Assembly (NCBI GenBank): GCA_964468895.1
Contig: CAYXWT010000003.1
Coordinates: forward strand, 5,380 to 37,379
Source: an uncultured archaeon
GTDB taxonomy: Archaea > Iainarchaeota > Iainarchaeia > Iainarchaeales > CSSED10-239
DNA: 32,000 bases
Direction of reading: 5' to 3'
Made by a program: the position numbers and the translations under genes. The notes below the pieces were generated by a model. It was given only the letters and a program-made list of their open reading frames with translations, made no database searches and had not been told where the DNA came from. Below are positions 16,603 through 25,787 of this stretch, in pieces. Each line of letters opens with the position of its first letter. Position 1 is the first letter of the stretch.

Positions 16603-18753
16603 ATGGATAAAAATAATGTTTTAAAATTAAAAGTTACTGAAGCTTATGAAGAATATGTTGGAAAAAACATTGTAACTTTAGGTGTAGATATTAAACAGAA
16701 ATTAAATCTAGTTTCTGGAGATGTTGTTGAGATAAATGGTAGAAGAAAAACTGTTGCTCAAGTATGGCCAGAAAAAGTAATTAAAGGTCAAGAAAATATT
16801 ATTAAAATGGATCAATATATACGTAGAAATGCAGATGTTTCTATAGGTGATTTTGTTAATATTAGAAGAATAGAACCTGTTATTGCAAATCAAATTGTTT
16901 TGTCTCCTACTAAAAACATCAAATCTGAATTAGAAAATTATGAGCTAATTATTAAAAAGAACTTTTTAGGTAGACCTTTTGTTCAAGGAGATATAATGAA
17001 TGTTAATCTTTTTGGAACTTCTGAATTATTTATTGTAAGTTCACTAAACCCAAAAGTCCCAGTTTTATTGTCTGAAAATACAGATCTTATTATTTTAGAT
17101 AAACCTAAAAGTAAGTGTAATACTAAACAAATAATTGGTTATGAAGATATTGGTGGTTTAAAAAAAGAGATAAATAAAATTAGAGAAATGGTAGAGTTAC
17201 CTATAAAATACCCAAATTTTTTTAAAAAATTAAATATTTCTCCACCAAAAGGAATTTTATTATATGGACCTCCTGGTACTGGAAAAACTTTACTTGCTAA
17301 AGCAATTTCTTCTGAATTAGATGCAAAATTTATTTCTTTAGATGCAACTCAAGTTATGGCTAAGTATGTTGGAGAAACTGAAGCTAAAATTAGAAAAATA
17401 TTTTCAACTGCTCAAAAAAATGCTCCAGCAATTATATTTATAGATGAAATAGATGCTATTGCTTCTAAAAGAGACGGACTTACTACTGAAGTTGAAAAAA
17501 GAGTAGTTGCTCAATTACTTGCTAGTATGGATGGTACCAGTTCTCGTGGTGAAGTAATAGTAATTGGTGCAACTAATAGACTTTATGAAATTGATCCTGC
17601 TCTTAGAAGACCAGGTAGATTTGATAGAGAAATAGAAATTGGTGTTCCTAGTGTTGAAGGTAGGTTAGATATTCTTAAAATACATACTAGAAATGTTCCT
17701 TTAAGTAAAAATGTGGATCTTGAAGATATTGCTAAAAAAACACATGGTTATATAGGTGCAGATCTTTCAGCTTTAGTTAAAGAAGCTGGTATTTATTGTA
17801 TTCAAAATGCTGTTAATAAAATTAAATCTCCTGTAAAAGATGTAAAGCGATTACTTAGTAATTTAAAACTAAAAAAAATAGATTTTAACTATGCACTTGA
17901 TGCTGTTCAACCTTCTGCTTTAAGAGAAGTTTTTGTAGAGGTTCCAGATATTAGTTTAGATGATGTTGGTGCTCTTAAAGAACAAAAAGATATTTTAAAA
18001 AACATAATTGAATTATCTTTAAGAAAAAGAGAAGTTTTAGAAAATATTCATTTTAAAGTTCCTAAAAATATTTTGTTATATGGTGCTCCAGGAACTGGAA
18101 AAACTATGTTTATTAAAGGTTGTGCTAAATCTTATGGTGTTAATTTTATATCTATAAAAGGACCTGAAGTTCTTAGTAAATGGCTTGGAGATAGTGAAAA
18201 AATAGTTAGAGAAATTTTTAAAAAAGCAAGAGATGTAGCTCCTTGTATTCTTTTCTTTGATGAAATTGATTCTATAGCAGGAGATAAACAAAATTCTGAA
18301 CGAACACATAAAGTGCTTGATCAATTATTATTAGAGATAGATAATATTAAAACTAAAGATATTATTTTTGTAGGTGCTACTAATAGACCTGATTTATTAG
18401 ATAAATCTTTACTTAGAAGTGGAAGAATTGACAAATTAATAGAATTTAAAATACCTACAGAAATAGATCGAAAAGAAATTTTAAAAGTTTTACTTAAAAA
18501 TATACCTTCAGAAAAGATAGACTTAAATGAAATTATTAGTTCAACTAATAATTATTCTGGAGCAGATTTAGATTTATTAATAAGAGAAGCAATTCTTTTA
18601 AGTTTAAAAGAAAACAATTACGAAAAAATAAATCTACAACAAAAACACATTAACGAAATTTTAAAAAAAGTAAAACCAACAGTTTCAAAAGAACAAGCTG
18701 AGTTTTATAAATCTCTTAAAAATACAGATAAGATTGCAAATTATATTTCTTAA
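16603..18753 (+). CDS. cdc48: CDC48/VCP-like AAA+ ATPase (N domain plus D1 and D2 AAA modules)
   Basis: Two full AAA modules are present: [18 protein letters not shown] / [10 protein letters not shown] and [18 protein letters not shown] / [24 protein letters not shown] and the N-terminal double-psi barrel-like region LKVTEAY...VEINGRR are also seen. The track start is GTG 16594; the ATG at 16603 is likely. Confidence 0.92.
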   Translation: MDKNNVLKLKVTEAYEEYVGKNIVTLGVDIKQKLNLVSGDVVEINGRRKTVAQVWPEKVIKGQENIIKMDQYIRRNADVSIGDFVNIRRIEPVIANQIVLSPTKNIKSELENYELIIKKNFLGRPFVQGDIMNVNLFGTSELFIVSSLNPKVPVLLSENTDLIILDKPKSKCNTKQIIGYEDIGGLKKEINKIREMVELPIKYPNFFKKLNISPPKGILLYGPPGTGKTLLAKAISSELDAKFISLDATQVMAKYVGETEAKIRKIFSTAQKNAPAIIFIDEIDAIASKRDGLTTEVEKRVVAQLLASMDGTSSRGEVIVIGATNRLYEIDPALRRPGRFDREIEIGVPSVEGRLDILKIHTRNVPLSKNVDLEDIAKKTHGYIGADLSALVKEAGIYCIQNAVNKIKSPVKDVKRLLSNLKLKKIDFNYALDAVQPSALREVFVEVPDISLDDVGALKEQKDILKNIIELSLRKREVLENIHFKVPKNILLYGAPGTGKTMFIKGCAKSYGVNFISIKGPEVLSKWLGDSEKIVREIFKKARDVAPCILFFDEIDSIAGDKQNSERTHKVLDQLLLEIDNIKTKDIIFVGATNRPDLLDKSLLRSGRIDKLIEFKIPTEIDRKEILKVLLKNIPSEKIDLNEIISSTNNYSGADLDLLIREAILLSLKENNYEKINLQQKHINEILKKVKPTVSKEQAEFYKSLKNTDKIANYIS

Positions 18754-18785
18754 TTATTAATTTGCAATTATCTGTTAATATCTGA

Positions 18786-18793
18786 TTTTTTTT
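18786..18793 (+). terminator. oligo-T tract (T8) 33 nt downstream of the cdc48 stop
   Basis: CTGATTTTTTTTAAAA. This is a candidate archaeal terminator. Confidence 0.35.
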
Positions 18794-19056
18794 AAAATTT
18801 ATAATTTGATAACCTCTAGTTTATTCTATATACTTTTTAGATGCTTTTTTTATAAAAAAAAGTATCTACCACTAGAAATTTTTTTTTAAATTTTTACAAT
18901 CTAGATTTAGTAAAAATTTAAATCTTTTGCTTGTTTTTTTAGTATATGTATTTCTATTTTCTAAATCTTCAAATATCGTATAAATTCCAGCTTTGTGGTA
19001 AGTTTTAAAGATAATACTATTACAGTTTAAAAACATTTTTAATATATATTATATTT

Positions 19057-19860
19057 ATGTTTCCAAAAAAAGTTAATTTTATGATTACAGGAAAGTGTAA
19101 TAATAATTGTAAATATTGCTATGCTGAACATAATGGTGAAGATTTAGATTTCGATAGATTAAAAAAAGCATTTCTAATTCTTAAATATAATGGTGTATCT
19201 AAGATTACTATTTGTGGAGGAGAACCTACATCTAGATCTGACTTTAACAAAATCATTAACTTTCTGATTAAAAACAAATTTAAAATCTTTCTAGATACAA
19301 ATGGTGATTTTTTTAATAAATATAAATCTATAATTACAAAAAATGTATCTGTAATAGGGCTACCTATAGATTTTATAAATAAAAGTTATAGAGGAAAAAA
19401 TAATTTAAAAAATATTAGATCTATTTTAGAACATTACAAAAATATCAATAAAAACCCAAAAATTAAGATTGGTACTGTTGTCACAAAAGAAAACTATAAA
19501 CATTTAAATCAAATTGGAGATTTAATTAAAGATTATAAAGTAGATAAATGGAAAATTTATCAATTTACTGCAACTGGTGGTAATGCTAAAAAAAATAAAA
19601 AGTTATTAAATATTACTTTAAAACAATTTTATAATTCTATAAAAGACTTAAAATCAAGATATTCATCATATTTTAATATAGAAATATCTTCTAAAAAAGA
19701 AAGAAGTGGGTCATATTTTTTAATAAAACCAGATGGCACAATATTCACACCAATTATGGATGAAAATATTCAAAAAGAAATAATTGTTGGAAATATTTTT
19801 GAAAAAGATATAGTAGGTAAATGGAATTTACATACAAAAAACATTAATTTGATTAATTAA
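19057..19860 (+). CDS. radical SAM enzyme, viperin-like (candidate prokaryotic viperin, pVip)
   Basis: 267 aa. The CxxxCxxC cluster motif is in VNFMITGKCNNNCKYCY. The series of blocks is collinear with my recollection of human viperin: VN-Y/F..T..CN..C..C, LK..G..KI...GGEP, TNG/SNG, KIGTVV vs KINSVI, VDKWKIYQF vs VRWKVFQCL, and GSYFLIKPDG vs DSYLILDEY. The radical SAM call is firm (about 0.85); the viperin subfamily call is about 0.5. Confidence 0.6.
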   Translation: MFPKKVNFMITGKCNNNCKYCYAEHNGEDLDFDRLKKAFLILKYNGVSKITICGGEPTSRSDFNKIINFLIKNKFKIFLDTNGDFFNKYKSIITKNVSVIGLPIDFINKSYRGKNNLKNIRSILEHYKNINKNPKIKIGTVVTKENYKHLNQIGDLIKDYKVDKWKIYQFTATGGNAKKNKKLLNITLKQFYNSIKDLKSRYSSYFNIEISSKKERSGSYFLIKPDGTIFTPIMDENIQKEIIVGNIFEKDIVGKWNLHTKNINLIN

Positions 19861-19948
19861 TAATCCTATGAAAACACCCAATATAAATCTTTTGATTTTT
19901 TTATAATCTTAATTAAAAAACAAATATTTATAAAACCGTATAAAAAAA

Positions 19949-20027
19949 GGGTTTACATATAACCCCTAAAGGCTAAGCTTCTAGTAGAAGTTGAATCTGC
20001 GATCTTAACCTTACCAAGGTTGAAGAT
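19949..20027. ncRNA. candidate small structured RNA: GC-enriched island with three consecutive hairpins in a 305-bp convergent spacer
   Basis: Hairpin 1 is GGGTT-TACATAT-AACCC (19949-19965). Hairpin 2 is CTTCT-AGT-AGAAG (19978-19990, extendable by A-T and G-T pairs). Hairpin 3 is ATCTTAACCTT-ACC-AAGGTT(G)AAGAT (20002-20027), 11 bp with one bulge. Strand and class are unknown. Confidence 0.25.
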
Positions 20028-20165
20028 AAAAAGTAGATTAAATATAATTGTTAATTTATTTTAAAATCTTATTCTTGAAACTGGATTTTATACTAGATTT
20101 ATTATTATCCTAACAAATAATTTTGTAAGATATTAATATTTGTGCTTAATAGATATTATTGTTTT

Positions 20166-20774
20166 TTAAAAAAACACAAAAAAGAATGGAATTGCAATTG
20201 TTATTGCCCAAATTATTGGATTCCAAGCAATGACTTTTCTTCCATCTAGTGGACCTATTGGTAAAAGATTGAAAAATGCAATCCAAAGATTAATTTGTAT
20301 TCCTAGTGCTGCAATGTAATTAGGTAGTATTGTTATTGATAATATAAAAAACAATAATGCCATAATTATATTTATTAATGGGCCTGCTAAAGATATAATA
20401 CCATTTTCTCTTACACTAATTTGTTTTCCGTAAATGTAAACTGCTCCTGGAGCTATAAATATAACTCCTAAACTAAGAGACAAAATTACTGCAAAAGCAA
20501 CATAATGCCACCACATTACAAATCTTGCTTTTGCTTTGTAATATATTGCAGTATATTTATGAGCTAATTCATGACAAATAAAGGATGTTCCTGTGATAAT
20601 TAAACTTATTATAAAAAATATTATAAATTCACTTAAACTATATTCTATAGTTCCTTTAAATATTCCTATTAAGTTTCCTCTTAAACTTAAATTGTTAAGA
20701 AGTATTGTAAAACATATTGATATACCAACCCAGGAAATTAATAAATCATTTATTTCTGTTTTTTTAAATTTCAT
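20166..20774 (-). CDS. site-2 protease family intramembrane metalloprotease (peptidase M50)
   Basis: 202 aa, polytopic. The HExxH motif is in CHELAHKY and the second zinc-ligand motif is in FNLLPIGPLDG (N-x-x-P-x-x-x-L-D-G). ATG lies 2 nt after the tatD stop. Confidence 0.85.
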   Translation of the reverse strand: MKFKKTEINDLLISWVGISICFTILLNNLSLRGNLIGIFKGTIEYSLSEFIIFFIISLIITGTSFICHELAHKYTAIYYKAKARFVMWWHYVAFAVILSLSLGVIFIAPGAVYIYGKQISVRENGIISLAGPLINIIMALLFFILSITILPNYIAALGIQINLWIAFFNLLPIGPLDGRKVIAWNPIIWAITIAIPFFFVFF

Positions 20775-20776
20775 AA

Positions 20777-21532
20777 TTATTCATATTTTTCTTTTAATTT
20801 TGGAAATAATCTGCAAAAATTATTTTGCATTTTTTCTTTAAGTAATTCTAAATCTATATTATTATTTTTACAAAATAAATTGTATGCTTCTTTAATATTT
20901 AAAATGTTTTTTTCTTGATTATTATATGTTATTGGATAGTCTGTTTCTAAAAATATATTGTTTATATTTTCTAATTGATTAGGTATTAAATTTCTATCAT
21001 AATTTAAAGTAATATAATATTTATTATCTAAAGCATATTCTATTTCTTGGTTAGTTCCACTAAACCAATGTAACACCACTTTAAGTTTAGTATAGGTTTT
21101 AAGTATTTCTAATACTCTTTTGGTTGCAAATCTAGAATGTATCACTACTGGTTTTTTTAATTTTTCTGCAATATCTAATTGTTTTTTAAAAACCTTTTTT
21201 TGAAGTTCTTTTAATTCTTTATTTTTTGTAATTTTATAATCAACACCAATTTCGCCAATTGCTTTACAACTATTAAAATCTATTCTATCTATATAATCAT
21301 TAATTGTTTCTAAATTGTTTTTTAAAACTACATCTGGATATAATCCGTATGCAAAATAAATATTTGGTATGTTTTGATTTTGAAGATTTTTTAATTTCAA
21401 ATATGTGTCAAAATTTATATTATTAGTTAAAGATATTATTTTATTTTCTAAGAATATATTTCTTATATTTTTTAAATTCACATTATCGTAATGTGTGTGA
21501 AAATCAATATAATATAAATTTCTATTGTTCAT
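20777..21532 (-). CDS. tatD: TatD-family metal-dependent hydrolase/DNase
   Basis: YIDFHTHYD (HxH), IGEIGVDY, VVIHSR, VLHWFSG and LETDYP match the TatD metal-ligand blocks. Confidence 0.85.
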   Translation of the reverse strand: MNNRNLYYIDFHTHYDNVNLKNIRNIFLENKIISLTNNINFDTYLKLKNLQNQNIPNIYFAYGLYPDVVLKNNLETINDYIDRIDFNSCKAIGEIGVDYKITKNKELKELQKKVFKKQLDIAEKLKKPVVIHSRFATKRVLEILKTYTKLKVVLHWFSGTNQEIEYALDNKYYITLNYDRNLIPNQLENINNIFLETDYPITYNNQEKNILNIKEAYNLFCKNNNIDLELLKEKMQNNFCRLFPKLKEKYE

Positions 21533-21541
21533 AATATATAT

Positions 21542-22162
21542 ATGACCAAATTATATTATAATAATTATGTTTTAGATATTTCTAAAACAATTTATTATCC
21601 TAGCGAAGATACATATTTGTTATTAGATAGTATAAAAGAAGATTTGTTAATAATTAAGAAAGATTGTGTTGCTATGGAAGTGGGTTGTGGTAATTCAATT
21701 TTATCTTTATATTTATATGATTTTGTAAATGATTTGTATTCAGTTGATGTAAATTCAGATGTAATAGATTATCTTAAAAATATAAAAAAAGAATATTCTC
21801 TTGATAAATTGAAAATTTTAAAATCTGATTTGTTTAAAAATATTCCTAAAGATTTATTATTTGACGTTATTGTATTTAATCCTCCTTATGTGTGTTCAAA
21901 AAGTTTAGATTTATTAAATCTAGAAAAAGAAGATCTTTGTACTCTTGGGGGTATTAATGGTAGTGAGATTATTTTTAAATTTTTAAAATCTCTGCCTAAT
22001 TATTTAAATAAGAACGGAATTTGTTATTTACTTGTATCTTCTCAAAATGATCTAAAAAATATATATAAAAGCATTATTATGCTTAATTTTAAGTATAGTA
22101 TAATAAATTCTAAAAAATTATTTTTTGAAGAACTTTTTGTAATTAAAATTATTTTTAATTAA
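21542..22162 (+). CDS. HemK-related SAM-dependent methyltransferase (archaeal Mtq2-like release-factor glutamine N5-methyltransferase candidate)
   Basis: YYPSEDTYLLLD, the SAM-binding loop MEVGCGNSILS and the NPPY motif in VIVFNPPYV are present. The 206-aa size fits the archaeal hemK-related family. Confidence 0.7.
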   Translation: MTKLYYNNYVLDISKTIYYPSEDTYLLLDSIKEDLLIIKKDCVAMEVGCGNSILSLYLYDFVNDLYSVDVNSDVIDYLKNIKKEYSLDKLKILKSDLFKNIPKDLLFDVIVFNPPYVCSKSLDLLNLEKEDLCTLGGINGSEIIFKFLKSLPNYLNKNGICYLLVSSQNDLKNIYKSIIMLNFKYSIINSKKLFFEELFVIKIIFN

Positions 22163-22193
22163 TTATTAAATATTATGGTTGTGAATGTAAATT

Positions 22194-23303
22194 ATGCCTG
22201 CAAATGCAAGTTATGAGTATGGTTTGGCTCAAAAGAAATATGATGAAGCTAATACTAGTACAGACAAATTAGTTGCACTTCAAGAGATGTTATCTACTGC
22301 CCCTAATCATAAGGGTGCAGAAAATTTAAGAAAAGATATTAGTAGAAAGATTTCTTCTCTTAAAAATAAAATGGAAAAGCAAACAGCAAATCTAAAGAAA
22401 TCTGGTTATACTTTAAATGTAAAAAAAGATGGTGATGGTCAAGTAGTTATAGTAGGTCTAACAAATTCTGGAAAAAGTACTTTTTTAAAAGAATATACTA
22501 ATGCAAAACCTTTGATTGCAAATTATCCTTATACTACTGTTAGGCCAGAGATTGGTACTTTAAATTATGGTGGTGCTTTAATACAATTAATAGAAGTACC
22601 TTCTTTTTTGAGTTCTGGAGAACTTGGTTCTCAAATACATTCTATGATAAGGGTTGCTGATTTAGTAATATTTACTATTAGAGATGATGATCTAGAAGAA
22701 TTAGATGGCATTATTGATTTATTAGAATCTAAAGATATATTTATTACTAAAAAAAAACCTAAAATAAATATTGTAAGAAGTAAATTTTTAGGTATTTCTT
22801 TTGTAAATGAACAAAATTTAGTAGATGATAAAAATAAAGTTTTGGATTTATTAAGAGATTCAGGCTATAAATCTCACACATTTATATTAAATCAAAAAAC
22901 AAAAATTAAAGATATTTTATTATCTATAAATCCTAGAGCTTGTTTTATACCTTCTATTTGTGTATCTATGCCTTTTAAATCTGAAATTACAAATCTAAAA
23001 TCAATTTATAGATCTGTTCCAATTTATTTATTTAAAGATAAATCTAAAGTTTGTACAAAAATATTTGCAGAATTAGATGAAATAATTGTTTATACTAAAA
23101 AACCTGGACAAAAAGCTGATACTCATGAACCATTAGTTTTAGATAAAGGTTCTACTGTTTTAGATGCAGCTATGGAAATTCATAAAACTATTTATAAAAA
23201 TCTAAAATCGGCAAAAGTTTGGGGTAGTACTAAATATAAGGGGCAAAATGTTTCTAAAAAATATGTTCTTCAAAACCAAGATGTTGTTGAATTTATGATT
23301 TAA
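22194..23303 (+). CDS. drg: DRG-family (Obg/HflX superfamily) GTP-binding protein with C-terminal TGS domain; G3/G4 motifs look divergent
   Basis: The N-terminal helix with TAPNHKGAENLRKDISRKISSLKNKME is as in DRG (T-x-K-N-K-x-T-E ... L-K-A-K-L-A-K-L). G1 is GLTNSGKST and G2 is YPYTTV. The TGS-like tail is VYTKKPGQKADTHEPLVLDKGSTVLDAAMEIHKTIYKNLKSAKVWGSTKYKGQNVSKKYVLQNQDVVEF. EVPS sits where DxxG is expected, and no NKxD was seen. Confidence 0.8.
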   Translation: MPANASYEYGLAQKKYDEANTSTDKLVALQEMLSTAPNHKGAENLRKDISRKISSLKNKMEKQTANLKKSGYTLNVKKDGDGQVVIVGLTNSGKSTFLKEYTNAKPLIANYPYTTVRPEIGTLNYGGALIQLIEVPSFLSSGELGSQIHSMIRVADLVIFTIRDDDLEELDGIIDLLESKDIFITKKKPKINIVRSKFLGISFVNEQNLVDDKNKVLDLLRDSGYKSHTFILNQKTKIKDILLSINPRACFIPSICVSMPFKSEITNLKSIYRSVPIYLFKDKSKVCTKIFAELDEIIVYTKKPGQKADTHEPLVLDKGSTVLDAAMEIHKTIYKNLKSAKVWGSTKYKGQNVSKKYVLQNQDVVEFMI

Positions 23304-23403
23304 TTTATACAAAAGTATTAAAAACAATAAGTTTGTATAATATATAGTTAAATATATTTTGTTTTAACTTTTAAATATATTATTTATAATCTTTTATTGA
23401 ACT

Positions 23404-24285
23404 ATGCCCAAGAAAAAAAAAAAATATCAAGATAGTAAGTTTGAACTAGAACTTTATTCTTTATTTATACCTATAACTAAACATTTAGATATGAAAGATT
23501 TAGAAAAAAAATTAATGCAATCCGATTGTGTAGAAGATGTTGAATATTATCTTTCCAAATATATGTTTTATGCGTTTTTTGTATCTATTATGTTTTTAAT
23601 TTTAGGTGTTGTAATTTTAGCTAATTTAGGAAAAGGTGAATTATTTTTTAACTTAATTATGTTTTGTTTTGGTGTAGCTGTTGTTGTAATAATTTATTCT
23701 TTTGTTAAACCATATTTAGATGTAGGTCAAAAGGTATCTAGTATTAAAAATAATTTAGCACTTACAATTCTAAGTATGTCTAGTATTGCAGAAAGTGGAG
23801 CTCCACCAGAAGCTATGTTTTTAATATCTAATAATGAAACTGAAACTCCGTATATTAGTAAAGAATTCAAAAAGATTACTAATTATATGGATAATTTAGG
23901 TTTATCTTTGTTAGAAGCAATTGATCATGTTTGTGAAAAAACACCTTCTATTGAACTAAGAAAGTTTTTAATAGAACTTAAATCTAATATTGAATCTGGA
24001 GGTTCAATATCTGAATTTATGAAAAAGAAAGCAGAACATGCTCAGTTTCAATACCATTTAATGTTAAATAATATGAATAAAAAAGCAGAAACTTTTGGAG
24101 ATATTTATTCTGCAGTAGTTATAGCAGGTCCTTTATTTTTATTTTCTACAGTTATGTTATTAGGTATGATTGGTGGTGGTGGGTTTGCTGGTGTTGGACT
24201 TCAAACTTTATTAGTAGTTGGTATATTTTTAGTAATACCTATAGTAAATATTATATTTTTGGTAATTTTACAAATGGTATCTTAA
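23404..24285 (+). CDS. type IV pilus/archaellum platform protein, FlaJ/TadC-like (single T2SSF domain), part 1
   Basis: 293 aa, polytopic. SIAESGAPPEAMFLIS ... LGLSLLEAIDHVCEKTPSIELRKFLIELKSNIESGGSISEFM matches the FlaJ/TadC (T2SSF) cytoplasmic domain pattern (AESG-x-x-P ... D-L-x-x-A-L ... T-P-S ... GG). Confidence 0.75.
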   Translation: MPKKKKKYQDSKFELELYSLFIPITKHLDMKDLEKKLMQSDCVEDVEYYLSKYMFYAFFVSIMFLILGVVILANLGKGELFFNLIMFCFGVAVVVIIYSFVKPYLDVGQKVSSIKNNLALTILSMSSIAESGAPPEAMFLISNNETETPYISKEFKKITNYMDNLGLSLLEAIDHVCEKTPSIELRKFLIELKSNIESGGSISEFMKKKAEHAQFQYHLMLNNMNKKAETFGDIYSAVVIAGPLFLFSTVMLLGMIGGGGFAGVGLQTLLVVGIFLVIPIVNIIFLVILQMVS

Positions 24286-24306
24286 ATTTTAAATAAAAGA
24301 AATATT

Positions 24307-25128
24307 ATGAATAAAAGATTAAAATATATTTTGGATTTTGCAATTAAAGGTATGATTGGTTCAGTTATACTTCTAATACTTTTATTACAAACCAAATTAG
24401 TTATTTTTGCAATTTTTCCTTTATTGATATCTGTAGGTGTTGCTTCAATAGCTTATACTAATAAAATTAAATCTTATGAAGAAAACTTATTTATATTCAT
24501 TGAAGATTTAAAAGATCTTCTTCAAGGTGGTATGAATATAGTAACTTCAATGGAAATTGTTTGTGAGCATGATTATGGATCTTTAAATGCTGAACTAACA
24601 AGATTAGCTGCTCAAATTAAAATAGGTGTACCTTTTGAAAAAGCTTTAGTAAATATTTTTAATGAAATAGAAAGTCCTATGTTTGGTAAAGTTGCACAAG
24701 TAATATCTGAAAGTACAAAGTATGGTGGTAATTTAACTAAAATATTTTCTTCAGTTTCTAATTATGTTAAAAACATTAATGAAATGTCTGAAGAAAGAAA
24801 GTCTAAAACTTTTTCAACTATATTTTCTTCATATTTTATGTTTTTTGTTTTTATAGGAATTATTTTAATTATACAAATTGTTTTTTTACCAATGCTTTCT
24901 TCTAATGAGTTATCTTCTGTTACTGGTGGAGGTAGTGATAACTCAATGGAAGATATTAATTTTAATACGTACTTTTTGTATTTATTATTAGTTCAAGGTT
25001 CTTTTGCAGGTCCTGTAATTGGTAAAATTTCAGAAGGTAGTGCAATAGCAGGTATAAAACATACAGTCATATTATTATCCATATCTGTGCCTTTATATGT
25101 TTTAGTATCTTTGTTTTTTATAATTTAA
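24307..25128 (+). CDS. type IV pilus/archaellum platform protein, FlaJ/TadB/TadC-like (single T2SSF domain), part 2
   Basis: 273 aa, polytopic. FIEDLKDLLQGGMNIVTSMEIVCEH...LTRLAAQIKIGVPFEKALVNIF...ESTKYGGNLTKIFSSVS is a second T2SSF-like domain. It starts 21 nt after part 1. Confidence 0.7.
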   Translation: MNKRLKYILDFAIKGMIGSVILLILLLQTKLVIFAIFPLLISVGVASIAYTNKIKSYEENLFIFIEDLKDLLQGGMNIVTSMEIVCEHDYGSLNAELTRLAAQIKIGVPFEKALVNIFNEIESPMFGKVAQVISESTKYGGNLTKIFSSVSNYVKNINEMSEERKSKTFSTIFSSYFMFFVFIGIILIIQIVFLPMLSSNELSSVTGGGSDNSMEDINFNTYFLYLLLVQGSFAGPVIGKISEGSAIAGIKHTVILLSISVPLYVLVSLFFII

Positions 25129-25251
25129 ATTAAAAAATAAATTGGTTTTTAAATAAGTTGTATTTATATATTTATTGGTAATATATTGTATTATCTTGTA
25201 TATATTATATAGAAATTTAATTTAAAGCTTGAAAATTGTTAGTGAAATATT

Positions 25252-25737
25252 ATGTCTAAAATAACACATGTTAAGAAATCATTTAAAAAAAGAGCAGTAT
25301 CACCATTAATTGCAACCATATTACTTGTAGCTGTATCTTTGTCTTTGGCAGGTATTTTATATTCATGGTCTTCACAGAATGCAAAAGAAACTACATCTAA
25401 TCTTTCTGAGACAACAACACAGTGGGGTAATTGTAGTTCAGTTAATTTGTATATAGAAGATTGTACATATAATTCTGATACTGGTGTTAGTTTAATTTTA
25501 TATGATGATTCTCAAATAGACATTGACAATAACCTAAGTTTAATTGTAATCGATACAAATAGTGAAATAGCAACAACTAGTTTTGAACCTAGTTTTTCTA
25601 ATTCAGTTATGAGTGTTCGAACAGAAAACTTTTCTAATAGTGATGATTTTCATGATTTAGGTGAACCTATACGAAAAATTAAGATATTTGTTGAAAGTTG
25701 CCCAGATAGAGCTGCAACAACAACAATTTGTAACTAG
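25252..25737 (+). CDS. archaeal type IV pilin-like protein (class III signal peptide, Pilin_N-type), paralog 1
   Basis: KKRAVSPLIATILLVAVSLSLAGILYSW is a typical [KR]-[AG]-[VI]-S-P-[LV]-I-[AG] archaeal pilin N-terminus. There are four Cys in two pairs: C-x9-C near the start of the globular part and C-x9-C at the extreme C-terminus. Confidence 0.8.
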   Translation: MSKITHVKKSFKKRAVSPLIATILLVAVSLSLAGILYSWSSQNAKETTSNLSETTTQWGNCSSVNLYIEDCTYNSDTGVSLILYDDSQIDIDNNLSLIVIDTNSEIATTSFEPSFSNSVMSVRTENFSNSDDFHDLGEPIRKIKIFVESCPDRAATTTICN

Positions 25738-25774
25738 TCTTTTTAAAAAAAAAAATTAAATTAATTTTATCGAA

Positions 25775-25779
25775 GGAGG
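25775..25779 (+). promoter_or_regulatory. Shine-Dalgarno-like ribosome binding site (GGAGG) for pilin paralog 2
   Basis: CGAAGGAGGAATTAAAAATG; GGAGG lies 8 nt upstream of ATG 25788. Confidence 0.6.
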
Positions 25780-25787
25780 AATTAAAA

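Noticed and set aside
16708-16893. 61-aa - strand ORF inside cdc48
   Set aside because: It is antisense to an unambiguous CDC48 CDS, so it is a shadow ORF.
18076-18324. 82-aa - strand ORF inside cdc48 D2 domain
   Set aside because: It is antisense to the second AAA module (Walker A/B clearly read on the + strand), so it is a shadow ORF.
19949-20027. Possible tRNA or Nanoarchaeum-style split tRNA half in the GC-enriched island
   Set aside because: On the - strand a TTCAACT T-loop-like heptamer exists, but the flanking 5-nt arms (GCAGA/TCTAC) mispair and lack the G53-C61 pair. No matching acceptor stem or D-arm can be drawn, and the + strand has G where the invariant C56 should be. I kept it only as an unclassified structured-RNA candidate.
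20593-20841. 82-aa + strand ORF spanning the M50 protease / tatD junction
   Set aside because: It is antisense to two well-supported - strand genes and has no independent support.
23413-23424. A12 homopolymer in codons 3-7 of the first pilus platform gene as a slipped-strand phase-variation switch
   Set aside because: Long A/T runs encoding Lys tracts are common in coding regions throughout this window, for example T13 at 3564-3576 and the T10 run near 3053-3062. The tract is therefore not distinctive. Only read-level length heterogeneity could revive the idea.
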